Assembly (NCBI GenBank): GCA_040752695.1
Contig: JBFMGO010000042.1
Span: 1-41,093, forward strand
Source: a bacterium
GTDB lineage: Bacteria > SZUA-182 > DTGQ01
Direction: 5' to 3'
DNA length: 41,093 nucleotides
Positions 10,501-19,822 of this stretch are shown here, one piece after another (the stretch's first letter is position 1; each line of letters opens with the position of its first letter). The notes beneath the pieces are model-generated. The model did not search any database and was not told the origin of the DNA. It saw only the letters and a program-made list of their open reading frames with translations. The position numbers were made by a program, and so were the translations under genes.

Positions 10501-13500
10501 CGGGTGCCGTCACCTCAACTAAAATCGGGGTGGATGCCGTAACATCGGCCAAGGTGGCAGACGGCACCATAACAGCCAGTGATTTGGCTGACAATGCAGT
10601 GACAGAAGGCAAGATCGCAGACAGCGCAGTAACTACAGCCCAAATTGCAGACGGTGCCGTAACTTCAGCCAAGATTGCCGATGGTGCGATTAGCGCAGAG
10701 AATCTGGCGGATGGATCACTCACATCCGCCAAGCTGGCCAACAATGCGGTAGGAGCAGCGCAGTTGAGCTCTACGGTAGCCGGAGATGGATTGACTGGTG
10801 GCAGTGGCAGCACCCTGTCCGTGAATGTGGATAACTCCAGCATCGAGATTGCTGCCGACACCCTGAGGGTAAAGGATGGCAGCATCAGCTCGGCCAAGAT
10901 TACCGATGCAGCAGTCACTACCGCCAAGATCCAAGACAGTGCCATGACTTCAGCCAAGATTGCCGATGGTGCCGTAACTTCAGCCAAGATTGCCGATGGT
11001 GCGATTAGCGCAGAGAATCTGGCGGATGGATCAATTACCCTCGCCAAGCTGGCCGATGGCACTATTTCCGCTGCCAAACTGGCCGATAGTGCCGTAACCG
11101 AAGCCAAACTGGCCGATAGTGCCGTAACTTCAGCTAAAATCGCTGATAGTGCTATGATTTCAGCTAAAATCAGTGATAGTGCGGTGACCACAGCCAAGAT
11201 AACCGACAGTGCCGTGACCACAGCCAAGATAACCGACAGTGCCGTGACCACAGCCAAGATAGCCGATAGTACCGTGACCACGGCCAAGATCCAAGACGGT
11301 GCAATCACCAGCGCCAAGCTGAGCACATCGGTGGTATCAAAAGCCGTAGACTACACTCTCCAGTCAACAGACGACATCGTATTGGTTGACACCTCATCAG
11401 GTGCAGTGTCTCTGACCCTGCCTACAGCCTCAGGCATTGCAGGCAGGCAGTACACGATTAAATTATCCACGGCAGGCAATAATCTGACCATCACCCCCGA
11501 TGGCACAGAGACCATCGATGGCACCGTAGGCAAGGTGATGAGCATGGCAGGCCATGTAGTGGTTCTGGTCAGTGACGGCACCAACTGGCAGACCAAGGTC
11601 GAGAGCGGCACAGGGCTTGATGTGGGTGACAGTGTTATCACATCGGCTAAGATTTTAGATGGTGCCATTGCTGCCCAAGACCTGGCCGACAGTGCCGTGA
11701 CATCTGCAAAGATTACGGGGTACGCGGTCATAACAGAAAAAGTAGCCGACGGTGCGGTCACTGTGGCAAAGCTTGCGGACAATGCCGTGACTTCCGCCAA
11801 GCTTTCAGCCGATGCGGTGACTTCCGTGAAGATTGCGGATAATGCCGTGACTTCCGCCAAGATTGTGGCAAATGCCGTGACTTCCGCTAAAATTTCTGAT
11901 GGGGAAATTGTCGATGCTGATATCTCTGCAATAGCGGGCATTAACCCGGCTAAACTGGCGACAATGTCAAACGGTCAGATTCTGGTGGGCGATGGAATAG
12001 CAGGTCCCTCGGCCGTTTCAGTAGGCGGAGACGCCACTTTGGCCGCGGATGGTACCTTAACGGTTGCAGCCAATGCCATCAGCGCGACCAAACTGAATGT
12101 TGCAGATAACGGCATCAGCGGCCAGGTATTAACATCCGATGGTGACGGAAGCTTTTCCTGGTCTACGATCAACGAGTCGGTTTTTACCTCAACGAGTGCC
12201 GGGCGCAACTACGAAGCCACTATCGGAAAAAACACAGAGGAGGGTTCGGACAATGAGCATTTTTATTTTACGACTGGCGTTACCGTAGATAGTTTGGGCA
12301 ATATCTATGTGTTGGATTACGGGAACAACCGGGTTCAGATATTCGACCAAAGCCGCACCTACCTGGCTACTATCGGGACAAGCGGTTTGCCCGGATCGGA
12401 CAACGGTCACTTTTCTTCTCCCTATGGACTTGCGGTCGATAGTTCAGGCAATATCTACATCGCGGATACATCTAATCACCGCGTTCAGATATTCGACCAA
12501 AGCCGCACCTACCTGGCCACCATCGGGATTACCGGTGAGATCGGATCGGACAATGGTCATTTTTATTATCCAGTCGGAGTTACTGTAGATAGTTCAGGCA
12601 CTATCTATGTAGTGGATCAGGGCAATGAACGGGTTCAGATATTCGATCAAAGCCGCACCTACCTGGCCACCATAGGGATCACCGGTTCCGCTGGATCAGA
12701 CAATGATCATTTTTCTTGCCCGTATAAAGTTTCGGTCGATAGTTTGGGAAATATCTATGTGGTGGATTATGGGAACAATCGGATTCAGATATTCGACCAA
12801 AGCTTCACCTACCTGGCTACCCTCGGAACAAGCGGTGAGAGTGGATCGGACAATGAGCATTTTTCTTCTCCAGTTGGAGTGGCAATAGATAATTCAGGCA
12901 ATATCTTTGTGGTGGATCAGGGTAATGATCGGATTCAGATATTCGACCAAAGCCGCACATATCTGGCCACCATCGGGACTACCGGCTCTGCTGGATCAAG
13001 CAACGATCAATTCAATCAGCCGTACGACATCTTCACGGATATATCAGGGGAAGCGATATATGTTGCCGATACTTTTAACCACCGCGTGCAGATTTTTCAG
13101 AATATCCCGATTACACGTATCGTGGCTGACGGTGCCATGGTCGGCATTGGCACCAGCAGTCCGAATCCATCAGCAGCGCTTCAGGTCGATTCCACCTCAG
13201 CCGGGTTCCTGGCTCCTCGAATGACCCGTGCACAAAGGGATGCCATCGGTGCTCCTGCTACCGGCCTGATGGTCTATCAGACAGACAATTCACCTGGCTA
13301 CTATGTATATGACGGGAGCGTCTGGAATGCGGTAAGTACCAGCGCAGCTACCTCCATCACCGACACGACCGAGAGCACCAGTACAACCACCGGCGCACTC
13401 AAGGTTTCTGGTGGTGCAGGTATAGCCAAAAATGTAAATGTCGGAGGCGATATTTCGGTTGATGGCACCAAAGCCTTCTATTTTGGTGACTCAAACACGG

Positions 13501-13601
13501 ACGGCACATGGAGGATCATCAGAAGCGGCAATAATCTGGTATTCCAATACCGTGAAAGTTCAGTCTGGGTAACGATACAGACACTTACTCCAACTCCGTA
13601 A
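7587..13601 (+). CDS. Giant secreted fibre-like adhesin (~2004 aa): YQG..PYA N-domain, phage tail-fibre repeats, AVTSAKIADG decapeptide stalks, three repeated fibre beta-domains, NHL beta-propeller, VGIGT C-terminal module
   Basis: AAGGAG at 7575-7580, signal MRKLLPLLSVLLICGLLVPHLFA; INYQGYLTD...GRFSVRLG...VPYA; TKITYDAKGLVVGG..DIPALSAEKIT x2; DDIVLVD...LVSDG[ST]NW x3; 60-aa NHL repeats (VDSSGNIY..D..NHRVQIFD). Confidence 0.9.
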   Translation: MRKLLPLLSVLLICGLLVPHLFAASAASAASAPATINYQGYLTDSNGIPLADGRYGMKFSLYDVPEGGTAIWEEIYQSEHEVSVVYGRFSVRLGSLNPFTEYGVDFQKQYYLEIQVGDDAPYAPRLVFDAVPYALIAHGVVDKGITEAMLDPNLKAMLSSIDPLNPPITPSTRTKITYDAKGLVVGGADLEESDIPALSAEKITHGTFDESRIPGLSASKITQGELDADRIPSLDQGKIAHLTEDLAGKVTQNQTITPSTRTKITYDAKGLVVGGADLAESDIPALSAEKITQGTLDEGRIPDLPASKLSSGTVMHERGGLEADVSGYDGLVKISQGATSQVNTDEATLEITENLLKVKDGGITSAKIADGAIETQDLKDGSVTSAKLSTAVVSRNSHYTIQETDDIVLVDSSGSAVEITLLSASGIKGRQYTIKLAKAGNNLTITPDGAETIDGKASKVMSAAGHAVTLVSDGSNWVLKDEGGTETALANDAVTSMHIQDGSISGADLADGAITGQKISSSAITSSKIANGTIIAENLATDSVTTAKIADNAVTTSKIDDNAITASKIIANAITSVNITDGTVMTDDLASSAVTAGKIADSAVTADKIADGAVSSSKIAADAITSAKIADGTIVTQNLADNSVTTAKIAPDAVTSAKIADGSIAEADLADSAVTSAKVADNAVTTAKVADSAVTSAKIANGAIATDKITDSAVTWAKIADSAVTSAKIADGAITTDKISDSAATSAKIADHAVTTAKILDGAVTSAKLSTSVVSKTADYTVLPTDDIVLVDTSSGAVSLTLPTASGITGRQYTIKLATAGNDLTITPNGAETIDRNASKVMSMAGHVVVLVSDGTNWQTKAESGSGLDMGDSAITSAKIADGAITAQDLADGAVTTAKVADSAVTTAKVADSAVTSAKIADNAITTTKIADSAVTSGKISDGTIATADLADGSVTTPKLTDSAVTEAKIGAGAVTSTKIGVDAVTSAKVADGTITASDLADNAVTEGKIADSAVTTAQIADGAVTSAKIADGAISAENLADGSLTSAKLANNAVGAAQLSSTVAGDGLTGGSGSTLSVNVDNSSIEIAADTLRVKDGSISSAKITDAAVTTAKIQDSAMTSAKIADGAVTSAKIADGAISAENLADGSITLAKLADGTISAAKLADSAVTEAKLADSAVTSAKIADSAMISAKISDSAVTTAKITDSAVTTAKITDSAVTTAKIADSTVTTAKIQDGAITSAKLSTSVVSKAVDYTLQSTDDIVLVDTSSGAVSLTLPTASGIAGRQYTIKLSTAGNNLTITPDGTETIDGTVGKVMSMAGHVVVLVSDGTNWQTKVESGTGLDVGDSVITSAKILDGAIAAQDLADSAVTSAKITGYAVITEKVADGAVTVAKLADNAVTSAKLSADAVTSVKIADNAVTSAKIVANAVTSAKISDGEIVDADISAIAGINPAKLATMSNGQILVGDGIAGPSAVSVGGDATLAADGTLTVAANAISATKLNVADNGISGQVLTSDGDGSFSWSTINESVFTSTSAGRNYEATIGKNTEEGSDNEHFYFTTGVTVDSLGNIYVLDYGNNRVQIFDQSRTYLATIGTSGLPGSDNGHFSSPYGLAVDSSGNIYIADTSNHRVQIFDQSRTYLATIGITGEIGSDNGHFYYPVGVTVDSSGTIYVVDQGNERVQIFDQSRTYLATIGITGSAGSDNDHFSCPYKVSVDSLGNIYVVDYGNNRIQIFDQSFTYLATLGTSGESGSDNEHFSSPVGVAIDNSGNIFVVDQGNDRIQIFDQSRTYLATIGTTGSAGSSNDQFNQPYDIFTDISGEAIYVADTFNHRVQIFQNIPITRIVADGAMVGIGTSSPNPSAALQVDSTSAGFLAPRMTRAQRDAIGAPATGLMVYQTDNSPGYYVYDGSVWNAVSTSAATSITDTTESTSTTTGALKVSGGAGIAKNVNVGGDISVDGTKAFYFGDSNTDGTWRIIRSGNNLVFQYRESSVWVTIQTLTPTP

Positions 13602-13610
13602 CGAGGAGAG

Positions 13611-13660
13611 AACAGGACTGATTACACCAGCGCACTGGTATTGTACGATCGGCCCTGTTT
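13611..13660 (+). terminator. Imperfect long hairpin ending in a T-run after the fibre gene
   Basis: aacagg...accag-cgca-ctggt...cctgtttt. Confidence 0.5.
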
Positions 13661-13760
13661 TATGAGACGGTATGAGACGTTATTGGATGGTATTAGACGC
13701 TACTGGATGGTATTGGATGGTATTACAGTATATTAAAAGATATTACAAGATATTACAACA
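13661..13760. repeat. Array of ten degenerate 10-bp units
   Basis: tatgagacgg tatgagacgt tattggatgg tattagacgc tactggatgg tattggatgg tattacagta tattaaaaga tattacaaga tattacaaca. Confidence 0.85.
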
Positions 13761-13829
13761 CATTCCGTGCTGGATATTACACGACACTACATTATGCATA
13801 AAACGAATCGCAAAACTGGGGATGAAACC

Positions 13830-16800
13830 ATGATAAAATCCAGCCAATCGAGATGGCCGACAATGGCTCTGCGGTTTATACTTCTTCTGTGCATGGTGGT
13901 GCATGCGGCTCCTGCACCCGCCGTACTTGCCGCCCATGATCTACCTTCTGATGCTCCACCTGCTTATGATCTGCCTTATTTCACTCCTCTTTCCAGGGAG
14001 AGGGGAAGGGTGAACATCTATCCGGCCAAAGTGAATGGGCTCATTCTCTCCGCTGCCGGGTCCTCGGCCAGTTCCGGCAGCGGCAACTGGCTTTACAGTG
14101 TCGCAGGTCAGCCCTCGCCTCTCGGTTCGGTTTCGCCGTCATCGTCGTCATCATCATCTTCTTCAGGTAACCGCACCCTAGCCTCAGGGTATCAGATACC
14201 GGAAAACCTTTTTTATACGGTCACCTTTTCTTCCAGCTCTTCCGGTTCTTCCGGATCTCCCGGTGATCACGGCACATTGGATGGCGAGACCCTCCAGACG
14301 GTGCTCTACGATGCCAACTGCACGGCCGTAACAGCGGTTGCCGGTGAACATCATCATTTCGTCGGCTGGAGCGGTGACTATACCGGCACACATAACCCCC
14401 TGGTAATTGGGCACGTCACCAAGAACATGAATATTGTCGCCAGTTTCGACATCGACAGGTATACAGTTTCTTTTTCCGCAGGCGAGCATGGCAGCATCAG
14501 CGGTCAGGCACTCCAGACGGTGCCCTATGGCGACGACTGCACGCAAGTGACTGCCACAGCCGCACAAGGGTATCACTTCACCGGCTGGAGCGGTGATTAT
14601 GCGGGCGGCGATTACACGAGCGTCGAAAATCCGCTGATCATGAGCGGTGTTACCGCCGACAGCCGGATCACGGCCAATTTTGCCATCAATACCTATACGG
14701 TCACCTTTGCGGTGGAGGGTCATGGGGGCCTGCAAGGCAGCATTGTCCAGAGCGTGACCCACGGCAGCGGCTGCACCCTGGTTTGGGCCGTACCTGACGA
14801 GGGCTTTCACTTTGCCGGCTGGAGAGGCGGTTACGCGGGGAGCCAGAACCCGCTTGTTATCAGCAACGTAACGTCTGATCTTACGGTAACGGCAGCCTTT
14901 GCCCTTGACGTTTGCACCCTGACCATAGCACAATCCGGCACGGGAGATGGAAACATCGATCCTGCATTCGGACAGTACACCTATGGCAGGGGCGCTGCGG
15001 TCACGCTGACTGCCACGGCACTGACCGGTTCTGCCTTCAGCGGGTGGAGCGGTGCAGCCGTGGGGATTCAAAACCCGGTAACCATCACTCTTGACAGCGA
15101 CAAGACGATTTTTGTCCATTTTACCGCCGCCGACGAGGAGGGCGCTGCCGCCACCTTGAAGAATGCGCCCAGCGGCATCACCAAAGCCAGGGACTATACA
15201 GTGAGGGTCGGCGGCATCGGGGTCGTCTCCTACATGTGGAAGATAGATAACGGCACATGGAGCCACGAAACCGAAGTTTCGAAACCATTCAGTTTCTCGA
15301 TCGCATCGAAAGAGGAGCGGTACCTCTATGAAAGCCACTGCCTGTATGTCATAGGCAAGGATGCCCAGGGCAGTTGGCAGCCGGAAGACGAAGCCACTTC
15401 TTGCGCCTGGACGGTCGACACGACACCGCCGACGGCTACGATAGGAAACTGTCCCGCGTACACCGTAGGGATAAACTGGATAGATGTTTTCATCGGTGGT
15501 GCGGATGTTCAGTTCTACAAATTCATGCTCGATGACAACCCCTGGAGCGCGGCCCGACCGGTCAAAACTCCCATCAGTATAGCCGGTTTGATGCCCGCCA
15601 CCCACACCCTGGCCGTTATCGGCGCAGACAGTGCCGGAAACTGGCAGGCAACGGCCAATGCTACGCGCGCAGTCTGGTCCGTGGATACAACGGTGCCTAC
15701 GGCTGTCCTGGATGACCTGCCAGCCAGTGTAACCCGCGAAAAATCGGCATCCATCAGGGTAGGCGGTTCCGATGTCGGCAACTATAAATATAAGCTGGAT
15801 AACGGTTACTGGACGTACCGCACGGTAGACGAGCCCATCGAACTAACCGGGCTGACCGAGGGACTCCATACCCTGTATGTAAATGCTCAGCATGCCGAAA
15901 ACGGCCTGTGGCAGGATAGCGAAACGGGAGAGAAAACGGACAGTGCCACCACCTTTAAATGGACGGTGGATACAACCCCGCCTTCAGCCCCGGCCCTGAC
16001 CGCCAGGGCAGGAGTTCCCTCCTCGACAGCTATCGAATTGACCTGGACCGCTTCCGAGGATACACTGAAGAGTTACCGCGTGTGGTATTCAAAAACGCAC
16101 ATTGATCCCAATAACCTGAGTACGGCACATGAACTGTACTGTAACCTCATTCCGGGGGCGAGCGGACTTACCGAGCGGTTTATGGTCAAGGGACTTTCCC
16201 AGAACACCACCTACTACTTTGCCGCTGCTGCCCGCGATGCAGCAGGCAATGTGTCCGGTCCGGGTGCAGTTGCCTCCCTGACTACGGCCAGTGCCCTGCC
16301 CACCATAACCGGCTTTGCCCTGACCGCTGGAGGCACCGAGGCGGACAACAGCAAGGCCAGGGAATTCCGGGTGGAAGGCACGAACTTTATCGGAGCTGCC
16401 GGGGATAACAGGGTCAGGTTTATCAACGAAAGCCACGTGTTCGATGTGCCCTCCAAAGCAGGCACCAGAACCGAACTGTGGGCCGATGTGCCTCAAGGGT
16501 CGCCGGTGGGTGTCTACCGTTTGCGGGTCGTAAACAAAAACGGCCTGACGCCCCTGAGCAGCCAGACCTACACAGTCACCGAAGCACCGGTACCCTATCC
16601 TGAAGTAACGGATATATTCCCGCCCGTGGGACGCAATGACCAGGATACAGCCATAACCGTTACGGGCGCTCATTTCACCGAACCTTTAACAGCCAGACTC
16701 GCCTCGGAAGATGGCAGCATCATCTGGGATCTGACCGAAGTAACCGCTGAGGACCAAAGGAACAGTAACAGTAGTACCAGCGATGGCAACAACAGCAGTA

Positions 16801-17744
16801 CCAGGAGCAGCCGCATCACGGCTACGGTTCCGTCCGGTGCCGTTGCGGGCACTTATCATTTGCTTGTCGAGACTGCGAGCGGCACCAACATGGTCAGCGC
16901 TATCAGGTTCGAAGTATACGAACCATTCGATATCACCAGGGCCACCGGTGCGATCACAAGTACCGAAGGAGTAGACATGCCCGATGACGGTACGGTTCCG
17001 GTGAAACTGACTCTTGCCACCGACGACCGGCTGGAAATGACCCCGGTCAGTGAAAAAAATGCCCGGATCGAGGTTTCCCTGAATCCAGGGACTGCAATCA
17101 CCCGTGGCGACGGCCAACCCTATACCGGCACTATCGATCCGCCTCGACAGATTCCTTTGACAAAGGAAATGACCAGCAAGCTCGGCCACAAAGCCTTCGC
17201 CTTCAGCATGGGAAGCACCAGGGATAAACTGAATCTCGGCTTCGGGCAAACCATGTTCGCCAAGATAGAGGTTACCTTGCCCGCCAGCGATCCGGTGCCC
17301 TATATCTATTATGTCGATTCCAACGGAACGTTTTCCCTGGCTGGTGTCGAGGGTGAAAAGGACGGACAACTCATCGAGCGGGGCGGCACGGTTCTGACCA
17401 CCCAACCCGATGTCCCGGAGCCAGGCTCTGTAACCTATATCTTTGGCCTTTTGCTGGATCATATGTCCACCTATGTGGCCGGATCAAAGATCGCGTATGA
17501 GGAAAACGGCGGATCATTGAAACAATCCGAAGCAGCCCATTGGTACCAATGCTTTATTTCCGCTGTTTCCCCAGGAAACAGATCAGGAAATACCTTAGGA
17601 AACAGCTTAGGAGACAGCTTAGGAAACACCATGGGAAACAGCCTGATGCGCATCTACGATGCCTGCTCGCAGTATCTTGACGTGTGGATCAGTAAATGTT
17701 TTAATAAACCTTCTGGTAAATGTTCTCCTTCTGATCATCAGTAA
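13830..17744 (+). CDS. Cell-surface protein with InlB B-type repeats, Ig-like (VDTT-P) repeats, FN3 and IPT/TIG-like domains, and a CFI-box-like C-terminal motif
   Basis: Hydrophobic signal ALRFILLLCMVVHAAPA; four F-x-GW-x-G...NP repeats; TYYFAAAARDAAGNVS (FN3); HWYQCFISAVS near the C-terminus; start codon uncertain. Confidence 0.85.
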   Translation: MIKSSQSRWPTMALRFILLLCMVVHAAPAPAVLAAHDLPSDAPPAYDLPYFTPLSRERGRVNIYPAKVNGLILSAAGSSASSGSGNWLYSVAGQPSPLGSVSPSSSSSSSSSGNRTLASGYQIPENLFYTVTFSSSSSGSSGSPGDHGTLDGETLQTVLYDANCTAVTAVAGEHHHFVGWSGDYTGTHNPLVIGHVTKNMNIVASFDIDRYTVSFSAGEHGSISGQALQTVPYGDDCTQVTATAAQGYHFTGWSGDYAGGDYTSVENPLIMSGVTADSRITANFAINTYTVTFAVEGHGGLQGSIVQSVTHGSGCTLVWAVPDEGFHFAGWRGGYAGSQNPLVISNVTSDLTVTAAFALDVCTLTIAQSGTGDGNIDPAFGQYTYGRGAAVTLTATALTGSAFSGWSGAAVGIQNPVTITLDSDKTIFVHFTAADEEGAAATLKNAPSGITKARDYTVRVGGIGVVSYMWKIDNGTWSHETEVSKPFSFSIASKEERYLYESHCLYVIGKDAQGSWQPEDEATSCAWTVDTTPPTATIGNCPAYTVGINWIDVFIGGADVQFYKFMLDDNPWSAARPVKTPISIAGLMPATHTLAVIGADSAGNWQATANATRAVWSVDTTVPTAVLDDLPASVTREKSASIRVGGSDVGNYKYKLDNGYWTYRTVDEPIELTGLTEGLHTLYVNAQHAENGLWQDSETGEKTDSATTFKWTVDTTPPSAPALTARAGVPSSTAIELTWTASEDTLKSYRVWYSKTHIDPNNLSTAHELYCNLIPGASGLTERFMVKGLSQNTTYYFAAAARDAAGNVSGPGAVASLTTASALPTITGFALTAGGTEADNSKAREFRVEGTNFIGAAGDNRVRFINESHVFDVPSKAGTRTELWADVPQGSPVGVYRLRVVNKNGLTPLSSQTYTVTEAPVPYPEVTDIFPPVGRNDQDTAITVTGAHFTEPLTARLASEDGSIIWDLTEVTAEDQRNSNSSTSDGNNSSTRSSRITATVPSGAVAGTYHLLVETASGTNMVSAIRFEVYEPFDITRATGAITSTEGVDMPDDGTVPVKLTLATDDRLEMTPVSEKNARIEVSLNPGTAITRGDGQPYTGTIDPPRQIPLTKEMTSKLGHKAFAFSMGSTRDKLNLGFGQTMFAKIEVTLPASDPVPYIYYVDSNGTFSLAGVEGEKDGQLIERGGTVLTTQPDVPEPGSVTYIFGLLLDHMSTYVAGSKIAYEENGGSLKQSEAAHWYQCFISAVSPGNRSGNTLGNSLGDSLGNTMGNSLMRIYDACSQYLDVWISKCFNKPSGKCSPSDHQ

Positions 17745-17778
17745 CTCCTCTGATCATCGATAACCCCGGTGGGGGGTA

Positions 17779-17824
17779 AGGGGGGCAGCCTTGATATTCA
17801 TGTCAGATGTCAAAGCTGCCCCCT
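17779..17824. terminator. GC-rich long hairpin between genes (terminator or REP-like)
   Basis: aggggggcagccttgatat...atgtcaaagctgccccct. Confidence 0.5.
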
Positions 17825-17924
17825 CCCCAAAACTGCTGGAAGTAGCGTATAGAGAAACAAACAATACCATATGAGAAAACACGATATCATAAAGAAAGCA
17901 ATGTATCATAAGGAAGACACGATC

Positions 17925-19352
17925 ATGACGATTTTTCCCCGTTATATCCCGCAAGTCCTTATAGCTCTACTCATAGCCATCATCCTCTCAGGCCAATGGT
18001 CGGCTGGTGGATCGGCGTATGGTGGATTGGCATACGGTGCAACGGTATATGATGGATCGGTATATGGCGCAACGGCATATGGAAAGGGGCCACCTGTTCC
18101 GGCTGCATCTTCGAAAAAAACAGGCCAACCCTCGAAAGAGGCAGGTGTTAAAGGTGCTAAAGGTGCTACAAGTGCCACAAGTGCTAAAGGTACTAAAGGT
18201 GCTACAAGTGCCATAGGTGCCATAGGTGCTAAAGGTGCCACAGGTGCCACAGGTGCCAAGGATACTACAGAAGCCAGGGTGGCAGCTATTCGCCATCGTC
18301 TGCTCATTCAGTTTGACAATTATCTGCAGAATCCAAAAGGGTACGCCGATCGCCTTGAGCAGGAGTGCCAGGGCTTCCCCCGAAAGGACGTGCTGGCTAC
18401 CATTTTTCCCAGCCTGGCTTATACGAATCTGGCGATCGGGGATCAAAAATCAAGAGCACACGCCCGGCTTCAGGCAGCAAAACTGATCGATCTGGCAATT
18501 CTCCAGGTAACGGCCCAGGTAGAGCCTCCCAATGGCAGATTGGAAAACCTTCGAACTTATCAAAAGCAGGCCGCCTATCTGGGTATGCTCAACCTTGCCC
18601 TCGGCTGCTATCGGATGATCGGAGGAGATAACCGCTTTGAGGCTATTCATCAGCGGATTACCGAAAGTTTGGGTAAGGCACTGGCAGAAGAGAATGGCAG
18701 GGTACTCTATTCTTTTCCTGACTTGCAGCGGCCCCTGGACACCATCGTCTGTCTGGTCTCGCTCAGGCTGCATGACCAATGGGCCGGGGAGTCACGTTTC
18801 GATAAGGTCATCCGGCAGCATTTGTCCTGGATTCGGCAAAACACGCTCGACAAAAGATTGCAGTTGCCATACAGTATCATTGACCCTGTGACCGGACGAG
18901 GACGCGATCTGGCCCGCGGATCTGATCTGTCTTTTCAGCTCTGCCTCCTGCCCCACCTCGACTATGACTATGCGGTGCAAGATTATAAGCATTATGTGCA
19001 GGCTTTCTGGCTCGACTATGGAGCGGACTCTCTGGCCGGCTTCAGGGAGTGGCCGATGGGAGCTGACAGAGGCCACGACGCGGACTCCGGCCCCATATAC
19101 CAGAGAATCGGCCTCTGCGCCACCGGTTTCGGCCTTGGTGCTGCCACAGCCCTGAAGGATAAGAAGCGCTTTGAACGATTATGCGAACAGTTTCCTCTCC
19201 TTGAGGCTATCGTGGCCGGCCTGGGAGGCCAAAAAAGAAGAGCAGCCGGCATACCGCTTGATCCCCGCTGCTACACCGGCTCTCTCCTTGGCGATGCCGC
19301 GCTCTTTTATGTCATTACCTGGCAACCCTGGATTAATCATGCTCCAAAGTAG
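17925..19352 (+). CDS. Exported/membrane-anchored linalool dehydratase/isomerase-like (alpha/alpha barrel) protein with low-complexity N-terminal linker
   Basis: N-terminal hydrophobic helix; motifs SFP..QRPLD, ARGS, GFREWP.G....DADSGP, ATGFGLGAA typical of LDI-like hypothetical proteins; substrate unknown. Confidence 0.55.
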   Translation: MTIFPRYIPQVLIALLIAIILSGQWSAGGSAYGGLAYGATVYDGSVYGATAYGKGPPVPAASSKKTGQPSKEAGVKGAKGATSATSAKGTKGATSAIGAIGAKGATGATGAKDTTEARVAAIRHRLLIQFDNYLQNPKGYADRLEQECQGFPRKDVLATIFPSLAYTNLAIGDQKSRAHARLQAAKLIDLAILQVTAQVEPPNGRLENLRTYQKQAAYLGMLNLALGCYRMIGGDNRFEAIHQRITESLGKALAEENGRVLYSFPDLQRPLDTIVCLVSLRLHDQWAGESRFDKVIRQHLSWIRQNTLDKRLQLPYSIIDPVTGRGRDLARGSDLSFQLCLLPHLDYDYAVQDYKHYVQAFWLDYGADSLAGFREWPMGADRGHDADSGPIYQRIGLCATGFGLGAATALKDKKRFERLCEQFPLLEAIVAGLGGQKRRAAGIPLDPRCYTGSLLGDAALFYVITWQPWINHAPK

Positions 19353-19822
19353 TACCCCTTCACACCTTCATCAAGCTCGATGCCGATTTGTGTATTACTC
19401 GGTCATTTCTCTCAATAGCTGGCTCTCTGTTCCAGCAACATGGCATCAATTGATCTCCAACAATTGATCCCGTTTGCTCTGTGCTCTGACTCAGATCTTT
19501 CTCGGCCATGACACCATCCTCCATCGTGGTAAGTTAAGAAGAATGAATACAAAATAGTGAGAATGCTGTCTTATCGTCAACCTTTCATAATGTTATTTGG
19601 CTAAGGATTAAAATACCTACACTTCTGGACTTATGCGGCTATTTCATAGTTGACAGGGAGGATTCCAACTTAGTATCTTTTTAATATATCTTCCTTTTAT
19701 ACTGATTACTAACGTCATTCTAAAGTAGTTGTGTTGCCATTATCGCATTAGTTTAGTTGAACTTAGGCAAGTGACCGGATTATTTTAAACACATAATGGG
19801 AGCGTATGAGTACACTTCTATA

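Noticed and set aside
9134..12208. Long antisense ORFs (254, 467, 196 aa) over the giant fibre gene
   Set aside because: Mirror frames of the decapeptide repeats whose codon usage avoids antisense stops; no RBS or independent features.
13661..13760. CRISPR array
   Set aside because: Units are 10 bp and contiguous with no spacers; no CRISPR-like array or cas gene was seen anywhere in the window.
14184..17462. Long antisense ORFs (473, 194, 258 aa) over the surface protein
   Set aside because: Shadow ORFs of a GC-rich coding strand with no recognisable motifs.
18145..18260. Collagen-like triple helix
   Set aside because: Only ~13 triplets, with Gly replaced by Ser several times; better explained as a 9-bp tandem expansion.
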